Shown here piece by piece: positions 37,801-46,429 of a DNA stretch of 64,000 bases. Below the pieces are notes generated by a model. That model was not told the DNA's origin and ran no database searches. It was given only the letters and a program-made list of their open reading frames with translations. This DNA is from Hormiphora californensis (taxonomy: Eukaryota > Animalia > Ctenophora). Where the stretch lies: NCBI GenBank assembly GCA_020137815.1, contig CM035350.1:8122001-8186000 (forward strand), read 5' to 3'. The position numbers were made by a program, and so were the translations under genes. Numbering within the stretch: the first letter of the stretch is position 1; each line of letters opens with the position of its first letter.

Positions 37801-40800
37801 GCTAGGGATAGAGATAGAATTAAACAAGTGAACCTTGAGCCGATGACAAAATGTGGGAAAAGTGGGTGACTGTCTGATAGATAAAGGAAGAGAGTTCCAA
37901 TAGGAGAAAGAACGATAGAAATAGCTATTCCGGAAAACAGCACTAGAAGGTTTGACAGTACAGCATAAAGTAGTAAAGTCAGTGTTGTCAATGATATCCC
38001 TATTGGATCTAGTAGTGTAGGAAACATCGTCGAGAGACTTGATATACAGGTAATTTGGAAGTATCACAGGTACTAAACCAGTCATAACCTTATACATAAG
38101 TTTCATGTCATTGTACTTGAATTGAAGATTAATAGGTAGGATATTCAGTGTGATAAGATGACTATGATAGATCTGGATACTCCAGCTAGTGAGGTGTGAG
38201 ACACCTAGTACCCACTTGATTGACCTCTTCTGTGCAGCTTCCAGTGAATCGAGCAACCCAACAGAGTGGGGAGCCCAAACTGGAGAGCAGTGCTCAAGAA
38301 GAGATCGAACCAAAGTAAGAAACAGAGTTCGGCGTTGATGAGGGTTGCCAACAAAGTGGGTTGTTCTACGAACTAGGTTGAATCTGTCAGTGAAGCGTTC
38401 AAGAATGTGCTCAGTATGGTCAGTCCATGAAAGTTTGTTATTGACAAGTACACCCAGATCTCTCTGAACAGTGACATTATCCAAGACAGTATCACCTAGA
38501 ACATAGGAATGTAGGAAACAGGGGAGCTCGCCCCATGTAGCCTCACACCTTGATGAGCGGGTAGAAACAACTTTACACTTACTAGGATGAAACTTCATCT
38601 TGTTAATGACTGACCAGCTGTGAAGATTGTCAACAGAGATCTGCATGTCAATGTGATCCTGCATACTAGCGATCTTAGCCCAGAGTTTCAGATCATCAGC
38701 ATACAAGGCTATCTTACACTCACCATGCACACACTCAGTGATGTCATTAATGAATAGTACAAATAAAAGGGGGCCTAGGATACTACCCTGTGGGACACCG
38801 GATAGTACACTGAGACTAGAAGAGAACTTCCCCCCAATAACCACTTGTTGAGTGCGATCACAGAGATAATTACGAATAAAGGAAAGCATATTGCCATCTA
38901 TATTAAATCTATTTTTAAGTTTATGCAGAATTAAATCATGATTAACGGAATCAAAAGCTTTACTAAAATCAAAATAAATAAGGTCAGAGGTACGTTTGTC
39001 ATTGTCGGTCAGAACTAGGTCGTCAAACACAGAAACAAGCTGGGTCAGACAAGACCTCCCCGGCAAGAATCCGTGTTGTCTACTGTCAATTTTGTCGTAA
39101 CAATGTTCTAATAGTCGCTGTGTAACAATTCTCTCGTAAACTTTACTCGCAATGCAGGTCAGAGAGATAGGGCGGTAGTTCCGGACATCCCTCTTGTCTC
39201 CAGACTTGTGAACAGGAACAACATTGGCAGACTTCCAGATAGACGGAAGTCCGCCGCCGCCGTACGCCTGCTCAAAGAGCAGAGACAAGGGATAAGCCAG
39301 AGCTCCCGCACATCTCTTGAAAATAATACTATGTAGGTTGTCGGGACCAGGACCCTTGCGAGCATTGAGTTTAGATAAGACGTTGTACACAGAGCTAGCC
39401 GAGAAGTCACAAAGAATGGAGGGGTCATTGCTGTTAACATCAATATCATAGCTACTCGATTCAGAAAAATTGGAGGCAAATTGCTTATTGAAAAGGTTGG
39501 CTTGGTCCTCCAAATCAGACCTAAACACCTCACCATCATTGACAATGAGTGGTATTCTGGTAGACTTGGAGGTAACTTTAACCTGTCTCCAAAATTTCCT
39601 ACTAACGGTGTCACAATCCTCGATGTCACAGTATAGTCGAGAACTGGAGTTACACACATTCTTGAAATGACTTCTAGCAGCTTTGTAATTGTCATAGTCG
39701 GTCTGAGATTTAGATTCCTTCCACCTATTTCTAAGATTCTCCTTTCTCACCCTAGCACTCTCACATTCATGACCGTACCAGATGGGGAGAAGAATAGGCT
39801 TGACAGCCTTGGAAGGTACATGCTTGTCTAGGAGACTGTACAAAATGGTGTTAAATCTATTGACATTGTAATTAATATCACCATTGAACTCAGCCACCCA
39901 GTCAATAAAGCTCAAATCAGCCGACATGTTCTCATAGTCTCCTTTGTCGTATAATCTAATGTTTCTCCGAGCCTGACGGGTACCACCGACATCAATGTTA
40001 ATAGTAAATGACACTGGATAGTGGTCACTAAAACAGAAACTATGCTGATCAAGAACACTGATATCGGTGACACACGCTGGATCGTTAGTAAACATAAGAT
40101 CAAGTGTACGTCCCTTGCAATGTGTGGGGGAGCTAATAAGCTGGGTGTGACCGAGGTCACTCAAGAGATAAGATAGAAATAGCTCCTCCACACGATTGCG
40201 AGGATATGAAGCTGGCCAGTTAACTTGGGAAAAGTTAAAATCGCCAATGAGAATGTGCTTGGAGATGCTTCTCGCTGAGAACAGACAATCGAAGTGCTGC
40301 TTGAACTCAGCAAAGTTAACATCCCCAAGTGTCCCCACCCGATAGAAGGTGGAAAGGCAGAGTTTCTTTCCGGATGAGAGAGTAAGAAAAATGGTAAGAA
40401 GCTCCGCCTTAGCATTAGGTTTGGCGAATTTAAAACTGGTTATATTAATGTTCTCCCGGTGAGCAATGAGCACACCACCTCCATTCTCCCTAAACCTGGA
40501 GGGGTTTGAGGGATCACAGGGGTGGGTGTACCCAGAGCGATCTAGTCTAAAAACTTTGTAGTTAACAGGGAATATAGAAGTAGAAGAAACCTTGCTCTTT
40601 AGCCAAGTTTCATTAAGAATGACTATATCTATGGAATTGTCATACACATAATCCTGGGCCTCATAAACCTTGGTCATATTCAGGGGCGGTGAGACCGAAT
40701 TGAGATTACCCGGACTAACCAAACCCTGAACATTATTATACAAAACTTTGAGTCCGCGAGGGCCAGGGTTACATATAGAGCAATTACAAATGACTAGAAG

Positions 40801-43800
40801 ATTAAGGTTAATGTCAGATAGGGAAAAGGGGGTTGTGGTTAAACAGCAAACCTGTGCCCAGTAGAGCCAGCAGCAGCGGCAGCAGTAGACCACCCAGCTC
40901 CTCCCCACCTCCTCGTCGCCAGAAAGTACCCATACTAAGTTCATGACATGCAGTGGTGGGAGAGGGATGACAGGTGTTAGAAAAAGTAGGTAAAATCAAC
41001 TAGGTTAACAAATAGGGATAAATGTTAACTCAGCGAACACAAGGGGTAAAAACAGTGGGGATTTTAAAAACACGCAGTGTATTACTGGTAAGGCAGTGAC
41101 GTCAGACACATGCAGTACCAAACAACGCACACAGAATTCCTAGAAATAACCAATCAAAATCCTAGAAATAGCCACAACATACCAAAGCTGCAGCAAGGGA
41201 GAACTGAAAATTCCAGAAAGTTACACACTCAAATCTCACAACACGGCGAGAGGGGAGGGTGATAGGAACAAGAAACAGAACACTGTCATAAATCAGTTCT
41301 CACTTGCTGTTGTTTGATTCTGTATGTCGTTTGGATGTAGTATATTTTTCAGAAATGTTTTGTCTTTCATACACAATGTAAAGAGTCGGTGCCCGGAAAA
41401 GGCGACCCATTCAACGTCTGGGAGCTCCTCGAGTTCCTTCTTCCTGGTTCGGAGTCCATCAGACATTCGGTGAAACAGTGCCACTTTGTTCTCCTTCCTG
41501 AATTTCTGGCGACTCTCTTTCCTCATCAGCGAATCCTTTTTTGTGGCCCTGGTCATGACGCATGTAATTGCTCGGGGCTTAGATCTTCTTCTCCCGTTCC
41601 GGTGTACAATTCCAATATCCTGCGGGGAGAGGGTTGGATCGGACTTCTGGAGGAGCTGGATAACGTTCCTCTCCAGAGAATCTGCTGTTTCTGCCTCATC
41701 CTCAGGGAGCCCAGCCAGGATGATGGTGTTGCGGCCGGAGTACGCCTCCTGGCGGAGAACACGGTCCTCGAGATGGGGGTGCTGTTGGGGTGGTGGTGCT
41801 GGTTTTGACTCAGCCAGCTTCTCCTGGAGGACCACAACGTCCTTCTTCAGATCAACAACCTGATTCTCTAGCTCACAAACCTTAGTTTCAAGCTGTGACA
41901 CCAAATCAGCGCTGGAGTGGTGGTTGATCAGGACAGCTAGAACAACATCATACAAATCAAGATTGCTAATTTTCTGCTGGAGCTGTTTCTTCGTGCAGAT
42001 CTGGGGGGCACCTGGAGCAAACAGGTCGAAGATAGGACCCTTTGGAGGCTGGATAGCCCTAGCTGGTCTGTCTTTAACAGTAGGACCTGTCATTCCCCTC
42101 TAGTTACTCAGTCAATATGTCTGTGTGTTGTACACTACAAGGACAAGGGGGTGCTGTGTACTAGGAAGCAGATTGCAGTAGCGGGTAGAAGCGTTGCAAA
42201 ATGCAGGGGAGAGAGCAAGAACAGACTTCTCATTGTTTCCTTGTTTTTGATTGTTAGTTTTGTGTTTTCTTTAATAATCTTCCCGATAATCGTTGTAGTG
42301 AACTCAGAGTACATTTTGTCTTTAGTTCAGCGATTATTCCTGTCTTGTGTTGTTGTTTCAGCTTTGCCGTTATTTGGCTCTTTGTTTGTCCCAGTGCATT
42401 CTGGGTGTTTTTGCTGTTTGCAGTCGCTTGTTTTGCTATTTGATCTGCCCTCTCATTACCTTCTATGTTAGCAAGGGCCTTCACCTTTACTATTTCTACG
42501 CCATTATCTCTTTGCAGTTTGTGTATACTTCGTAGGGTTTCAGTTAGTTGTTTTGGGTTTGAAAATTTCTTGTTAGTCTTCTCAGTGTAGTGCTAGAGTC
42601 GGTGTGGATCACTAGATGTGACTCCTTTGTTCCCATTTCTAGTAGTTTCTTTATTACCAAATGTATTGCCAGTAGCTCTGCTTGATTTATGGTGTTTTCG
42701 GGTGCAAGGGGCTCTTTGAGGATGATTTCCTGGTTATCCATGTAGATTATGGCTCCTGCCTCTGTCATATGTGTTGAGTCTTTCTTAATTCTTGACCCAT
42801 CTGTATACGCGTTTATTATTTTGTTCTTGCTCAGTTGGGAGTTTTGTTCAAAGGTTATATCGGTGTGTTTTGTCTGGTCGATGGCATTAGGAATTTTTAG
42901 GCTTGTTATGAGTAATTTCATCGCTTTCGAGTGCGTTAGATGAGCTCCTTTTTTTTGTGTGGAAGGGGTCTGTCCACCAGTTTCCCTTAGCCTTCAGGTG
43001 TATATAGTTGTTGATACTTTCTTTGTTGATATGGTAAGTGACATCGTCCACTCCTGCCATTGTGGTTAGCACTATGTGTTGAGTGTGTTCGTGTCCTCCG
43101 GTGATCCTTCGAGTGATAGAGTTCTGTGCTGCTTCCAGTTTCATCTTGAGTGTTTGATTTTTCAGCACTTTCTCATGTCCCCATATGCCTGCCCCGTATG
43201 TCAGGGTCTTCATAAGTATATTGTCGTGAACGTATCTGCCTTGGGCTGTGCTTATTCCCCATTTTGTTGTCATGAGGTGTCTCAGTGGTCTCGCAGATCG
43301 TTTAATTGTTTCTGTTTTATTTTGGACGTGGGCTTTGTAGTTTAAGTTTTTGTCCAGGCTTATTCCTAGATACATCGCCTGGTTTGTGACTGTGATAGTG
43401 TAGTGCTAGAGTCAGTGTGGATCACTAGGTGTGACTCCTTTGTTCCCATTTCTGGCAGTTTCTTTATTACCAATTGTATTGCCAGTAGCTCTGCTTGATT
43501 TATGGTGTTTTCGGGTGCTGTTAGTTTGCCAAAATCCAGTTTCTGGTCTCTGTCATATATGTTTTGTTGTATCGTGTATCGCCGATACTATCGGAAATTT
43601 AAATGTTTCAATATCAAGCAAAAGTGAAAAAAGATATCTATAAAGTCGCCTGACCGAGATTTGAACCTGGCATCTTATGCTTCTTAGCCCAGATTGTGTC
43701 CATTAGACCACGGAGCTGTTAGGTACAGTGCAATTCAGATATACTTATCCTGTGCCGAGATTAGAAATTTTGGCAGAGGTTCCCCAGGGGCTCCTGGCCC

Positions 43801-46429
43801 CTACTCGGTTTTTCAAGAAAGTTCACCCGGCCAAATTCTGGCCCGCCGGTGCCTGTTATTGGAGCAACAGGAGCCCTTGCACAAAAGCTTTATTGGCACT
43901 TGAGTAATGTTAGTATATATATACTAAGTGTTATCGTGTTGGTCGTAGGGCAGGATTCCCTCAATTTGTGTTAATACCATTAGGGTGTGTAGTAGGGTGT
44001 GCTATTTTTCCCAACTCATAAATCAAATCCAATTTTCACATAGTTTACCCCTAGAATGAGTTCCTACGATAATTCTAAAACATTTGGTAAAAAATTTTAG
44101 TCCTACCCTGGCCCAATTACGTGGGCCGATGTATGCCCATATATGGGCATATTCATATCAAAAAATGTTTTTTGGGGCGTTATTTCGAAAAAACCACACA
44201 TATGAATCGCCTCATGAGAACCAGAACAACCATTATTTCCAGTCTGCACCTTCAGAACTCCATTTTATAATGAAAAATTTATTTATTTTCATCTTTTTTT
44301 CTTGCACATTTTCCTACTTTGCAGTATTAGTGGAGACGAATTTTAACTTTTTGAGATTTTATTTGTCGGAAAGCAAATTCTGGTTGTAACCGACTAATTT
44401 TGACCTGCTGAACACGATCCCGTTCATGAAAAAGCTCTCAAAATTGAAGAAAATGACCAAAATGAACATTTTTAGTCCAAAATGAACATTTTTGGTCCAA
44501 AATGAACATTTTCAGGTCAAAAATGAACATTGGCTAACTTTCATGATACACATCCATTCTTATCGGTATCAAACCGCTGAACACGACCCTGCCCATAAAA
44601 AGTTGATATCAAGAACATGCCAAACACTGGTGTAAAACACACATATTTTCCTTTTTTCGGTAAAAAAATAAACTTTTTTAATCGCCTGGCCCACGTAATT
44701 GACATACACTACCCCAATTCCGTTTTCAGGATGTAGTAGACAATTGTCCATAGTTTCATATCTACCCTTAAACTAGGTAGGCGGTAAATGTTAACCAGAT
44801 CTGAGAGAAAACGTACGTGCAAAACCACGTTTTTGTCCATAACTCAGTCATTTCTTGACCAATTTGCAAAATCTTGGGCGCGTTGGAAAGAGGATATTGA
44901 GCTCTTTCAAATGAGCCCAATAAAACTAAAATCGGCGCAAAATGCGCGGCGTCATGGCGCAAAATGCGCGTTTTCGCCACCACGCCGCGCAATTTGCGCC
45001 AATTTTAATTTTCTTCAGCTCATTTGAGAGATCTCAATGTCCTCTTTCCAATGAGCAAAGATTTTGCAAATTGGTCAAGAAATGGCTGAGTTATGGGGAA
45101 AAACGTGCGAAATTCTCACAGATCTGGTTAACATTTACCGCCTACCCTTAAACTATTGCCAATAGACAAGATACTAGCAAGACTCATATTGACTAATGAC
45201 TACTCACTAGGGTGTGCTAAGTGAAAATTTTGTCGACTTGGCCAATAGTATTGGCCAAGTCGACAAAATTTTCACTTAGCACACCCTAGTGAGTAGTCAT
45301 TAGTCAATATGAGTCTTGCTAGTATCTTGTCAATATCTTGTGATTGTTCCTGCTGTAGTATAGGGAATTCAGCAGGATGCCATGCAGGCCGGTAACTAAA
45401 CTCCAGTAACGGTCATGTCTCTCTGACATAAAATGTTGAAATGGGGCCACTGGCCCCGCGCCAGTGCTGGAGAGCTGTCACGGAGATGTTCGAGCAGCGC
45501 GGCGTGCGCGATATTACAGCCAGAGACTGACAAGTTCCCGACATGGTCTGCCGACCCTCTGCACCCCAAATTCTAACCAACCCCTCTCTCTCTCTCCCGG
45601 CCACCCGTGCTATTAATTTATTCGAATATATTACATTTCTCGTGCACATAACAACGTCAAAAGGTGTGAGCTCTTTTGTCTACGATGAATCCCCCTCCCA
45701 TTTTCCCACTAAACTATCCCACCCTGCCCCCGCCCCTCAGGGCCATTAAATATGTAGCATCTTACGATTATCTGTATGATGTATTATAGTCTTTCTGTCT
45801 GTGTCTCGACATGGAAAACTGAGAGAAATTAGCACGATAGTATGTACCCCGCATAAAAACACAGAATATATTCTGCCCCTCATTAGACACCCCCTCCCCC
45901 ACATGATACCGTTACCCCTACACACACAGTACAACACACTCTCGGCCTCATGTCCAATGTCCATTAGTACTGGTAACAATCATATAGTAGTAGCACCCCT
46001 GATCCTTATCAAACCACACTTTATGAAATGGCAACCAAGCAAACCACATTTGGGTATAACAGCTGTCTTATCACTATAGCTGTCTCGTTGCACTTGGTCG
46101 TCTGCAACTTCAAGTGTGTGAGGGGGGAACGTACAGAGTTATGTAACGCGTTCCCAAATCTGTCTCATCTAGTCTCATCTAGTCTCATCTAGTTCTACCC
46201 AGCACACAATTAGAATTAGCAAATACTAATACATCTCATTACCACAGGTCCTACAAATTCAGACGGGGAAGCAAAACAGCACAGCAAGACACCCTTTATC
46301 TCCGGGACGAAGTTTAACATTCTATCGTCTACTACTATCGACCCTAATTCCTCCTCCTACCCTCATACCTACAACTTGGTTTGTGTTATAGTGACGCTAA
46401 CTATTGGACTTGGACTAGTATTCACGTAA
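16634..46429 (+). CDS. Secreted/anchored protein: signal peptide - DOMON - 5x Sushi/CCP - DOMON - C-terminal hydrophobic (GPI/TM) tail; 14 exons
   Basis: Phase-compatible GT-AG exons: 16634-16653 (weak donor, tentative), 21344-21500, 21698-21876, 22095-22219, 28877-28966, 30492-30668, 30910-31086, 31478-31654, 31933-32109, 32353-32529, 35313-35434, 35725-35903, 36065-36189, 46248-46429. DOMON motifs: WLTFS..SGMGGLSILAC / DGVMTCSFT / YGMG..AKHS, and WLGFGLSELGTMKDSDMYLC / DGVMTCNTT / AGMG..KQHS. Ends LVCVIVTLTIGLGLVFT*. Confidence 0.85.
16918..21340. repeat. ~48-bp C-rich minisatellite (~90 units) with a 1282-bp higher-order duplication
   Basis: Unit CCCTCCAGGTCCCCCTTGCAGCTATGTT(GTT/C)CCCTGCTAATCCCT(CCAC/ATT). 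Rare variants recur at +1282 (CCCGCCAGTT ~17208/18490; TTGAAGCT ~17939/19221). Confidence 0.95.
22399..23175 (-). CDS. Secreted C-type lectin, copy A (EPN motif), nested antisense in a DOMON-gene intron
   Basis: Exons 23175-23100 (MIYLLLKLLVIVGAG signal), 22930-22730 (CTTFCSEKGGCLP..TWIG), 22629-22399 (LYD..WFWPDG..WENWGNTEPN..ERCV..WVDLDC..CE); all phase 1. C-terminus after 22399 uncertain. Confidence 0.85.
23261..23441. repeat. ~180-bp inverted duplication upstream of lectin A
   Basis: AGATCATGTTGAAGTTTATTGGAGTCGCCCTTAGCAACAAG... and its reverse complement ending CAACATGATCT. Confidence 0.85.
23645..24400. repeat. 19-bp minisatellite array 1 (CTGGTGGTGTTTCTGGTT[C/A])
   Basis: About 40 tandem units, stop-free in several frames, giving spurious ORFs. 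Confidence 0.95.
24575..25415. repeat. 19-bp minisatellite array 2
   Basis: Same unit, preceded by a duplicate of the array-1 leader (GGATTAACATGTGAAACTTCATACTTCGACTATTCTATACCCTCATTCAAGG). Confidence 0.95.
25839..27826 (-). CDS. Secreted C-type lectin, copy B (EPN motif), tandem paralog of copy A
   Basis: Exons 27826-27757 (MIYLLLKLLVIVGAG), 26568-26371 (..KGGRLP..TWIG), 26066-25839 (WYNWGNGEPNGASERCV..WVDIDC..CACE); same intron positions as copy A. C-terminus uncertain. Confidence 0.85.
26161..26235. mobile_element. Micro-MITE (CTGTCAGGCC family), 8-bp TSD GTTCACGG
   Basis: Direct repeat GTTCACGG at 26153-26160 and 26236-26243; related to copies at 34520 and 35600. Confidence 0.75.
28581..28659. 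mobile_element. Micro-MITE (TTGGTGAC family), 9-bp TSD TGTCTGGCG
   Basis: TIR TTGGTGACATAT..ATATGTCACCAA; direct repeats at 28572-28580 and 28660-28668. Confidence 0.75.
29159..30436. mobile_element. Second Kolobok-like foldback element, TTAA TSD
   Basis: TTAA GGGTACACCTCGG ... CCGAGGTGTACCC TTAA; almost fully palindromic. Shares its terminus and the block GACCTCAAATATGCAATTTTAGCCC..TCGAATTCATATTTTTGCTACAGCC with 1627-2930. Confidence 0.88.
30492..32529 (+). repeat. Five tandem, near-identical 177-nt phase 1-1 Sushi/CCP exons with duplicated flanking intron
   Basis: Each encodes AVQCTVPGV(E/V)GGSTSETGQV(D/G)EGQVVTITCTSSHSPSTPTITCTSSGTFDTTNPTCNK (4 Cys), flanked by CTCTGTAG and GTACC. Confidence 0.92.
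32877..33815 (-). CDS. Intronless C2H2 zinc-finger transcription factor (4 fingers, Pro/Ser-rich tail), nested antisense
   Basis: [56 protein letters not shown]..H...H. First ATG at 33815 (the ORF track starts at a GTG at 33908). Confidence 0.9.
   Translation of the reverse strand: [312 protein letters not shown]
34520..34592. mobile_element. Micro-MITE (CTGTCAGGCC family), 8-bp TSD GGTGTGAG
   Basis: CTGTCAG...CTGACAG termini; direct repeats at 34512-34519 and 34593-34600. Confidence 0.8.
35600..35665. mobile_element. Micro-MITE (CTGTCAGGCC family), 8-bp TSD ATGAAATA
   Basis: CTGTCAG...CTGACAG; direct repeats at 35592-35599 and 35666-35673. Confidence 0.8.
36200..37140 (-). mobile_element. 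3' part of a decayed RNase H-bearing LINE: CCHC knuckle, long GC-rich 3' UTR, (CA)n end
   Basis: Minus strand reads CELCGARENSKHKLLNC..KSGLFK*, then about 700 bp of UTR ending in ACACGACACACACACAC. Confidence 0.65.
37789..40944 (-). CDS. LINE ORF2: AP-endonuclease + reverse transcriptase (1051 aa)
   Basis: APE motifs LNETW, IGDFN, LDL, SDH. RT motifs NYRPISL, QHGF, DFSKAFD, GVPQGSILGPLLF, LYADD, RDLGV. Confidence 0.95.
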   Translation of the reverse strand: MNLVWVLSGDEEVGRSWVVYCCRCCWLYWAQVCCLTTTPFSLSDINLNLLVICNCSICNPGPRGLKVLYNNVQGLVSPGNLNSVSPPLNMTKVYEAQDYVYDNSIDIVILNETWLKSKVSSTSIFPVNYKVFRLDRSGYTHPCDPSNPSRFRENGGGVLIAHRENINITSFKFAKPNAKAELLTIFLTLSSGKKLCLSTFYRVGTLGDVNFAEFKQHFDCLFSARSISKHILIGDFNFSQVNWPASYPRNRVEELFLSYLLSDLGHTQLISSPTHCKGRTLDLMFTNDPACVTDISVLDQHSFCFSDHYPVSFTINIDVGGTRQARRNIRLYDKGDYENMSADLSFIDWVAEFNGDINYNVNRFNTILYSLLDKHVPSKAVKPILLPIWYGHECESARVRKENLRNRWKESKSQTDYDNYKAARSHFKNVCNSSSRLYCDIEDCDTVSRKFWRQVKVTSKSTRIPLIVNDGEVFRSDLEDQANLFNKQFASNFSESSSYDIDVNSNDPSILCDFSASSVYNVLSKLNARKGPGPDNLHSIIFKRCAGALAYPLSLLFEQAYGGGGLPSIWKSANVVPVHKSGDKRDVRNYRPISLTCIASKVYERIVTQRLLEHCYDKIDSRQHGFLPGRSCLTQLVSVFDDLVLTDNDKRTSDLIYFDFSKAFDSVNHDLILHKLKNRFNIDGNMLSFIRNYLCDRTQQVVIGGKFSSSLSVLSGVPQGSILGPLLFVLFINDITECVHGECKIALYADDLKLWAKIASMQDHIDMQISVDNLHSWSVINKMKFHPSKCKVVSTRSSRCEATWGELPCFLHSYVLGDTVLDNVTVQRDLGVLVNNKLSWTDHTEHILERFTDRFNLVRRTTHFVGNPHQRRTLFLTLVRSLLEHCSPVWAPHSVGLLDSLEAAQKRSIKWVLGVSHLTSWSIQIYHSHLITLNILPINLQFKYNDMKLMYKVMTGLVPVILPNYLYIKSLDDVSYTTRSNRDIIDNTDFTTLCCTVKPSSAVFRNSYFYRSFSYWNSLPLSIRQSPTFPTFCHRLKVHLFNSISIPSPFP
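41293..42093 (-). CDS. LINE ORF1 (coiled coil + RRM-like), 266 aa
   Basis: Heptads LETKVCELENQVVDLKKDV, then YSGRNTIILAGLPE, HRNG and KPRAI; directly upstream of ORF2 on the same strand. Confidence 0.8.
   Translation of the reverse strand: MTGPTVKDRPARAIQPPKGPIFDLFAPGAPQICTKKQLQQKISNLDLYDVVLAVLINHHSSADLVSQLETKVCELENQVVDLKKDVVVLQEKLAESKPAPPPQQHPHLEDRVLRQEAYSGRNTIILAGLPEDEAETADSLERNVIQLLQKSDPTLSPQDIGIVHRNGRRRSKPRAITCVMTRATKKDSLMRKESRQKFRKENKVALFHRMSDGLRTRKKELEELPDVEWVAFSGHRLFTLCMKDKTFLKNILHPNDIQNQTTASEN
42228..43520 (-). pseudogene. 5'-truncated, frameshifted LINE ORF2 (RT thumb + RNase H)
   Basis: YLGISLDKNLNYKAHV, LTYGAGIW, AYTDGSR, NQAELLAI, IHTDS, GNERADQIAK in successive frames; 43399-43518 duplicates 42586-42705. 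Confidence 0.85.
43645..43717 (-). pseudogene. tRNA-like sequence (tRNA pseudogene or SINE head)
   Basis: Minus strand has A-box TGGTCTAATGG and B-box GGTTCAAATC at tRNA spacing; the acceptor stem does not pair. Confidence 0.45.
44776..45146. mobile_element. Palindromic MITE, 9-bp TSD CTTAAACTA (Mutator-like)
   Basis: TIR GGTAGGCGGTAAATGTTAACCAGATCTG; direct repeats at 44767-44775 and 45147-45155. Confidence 0.8.
45165..45331. repeat. 167-bp perfect palindrome (83-bp arms, 1-nt centre)
   Basis: GACAAGATACTAGC...GGCCAATA G TATTGGCC...GCTAGTATCTTGTC; AATA on both flanks. Confidence 0.9.

Larger units (their letters stand above)
37141..42227 (-). mobile_element. Full-length CR1/L2-group LINE (~5.1 kb), both ORFs intact, inserted into an older LINE
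   Basis: 5' UTR, ORF1, spacer, APE-RT ORF2 and 3' UTR. Host coding sequence can be rejoined across it (..KETMR / KLAISGQNNL..). Ends approximate. Confidence 0.85.
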
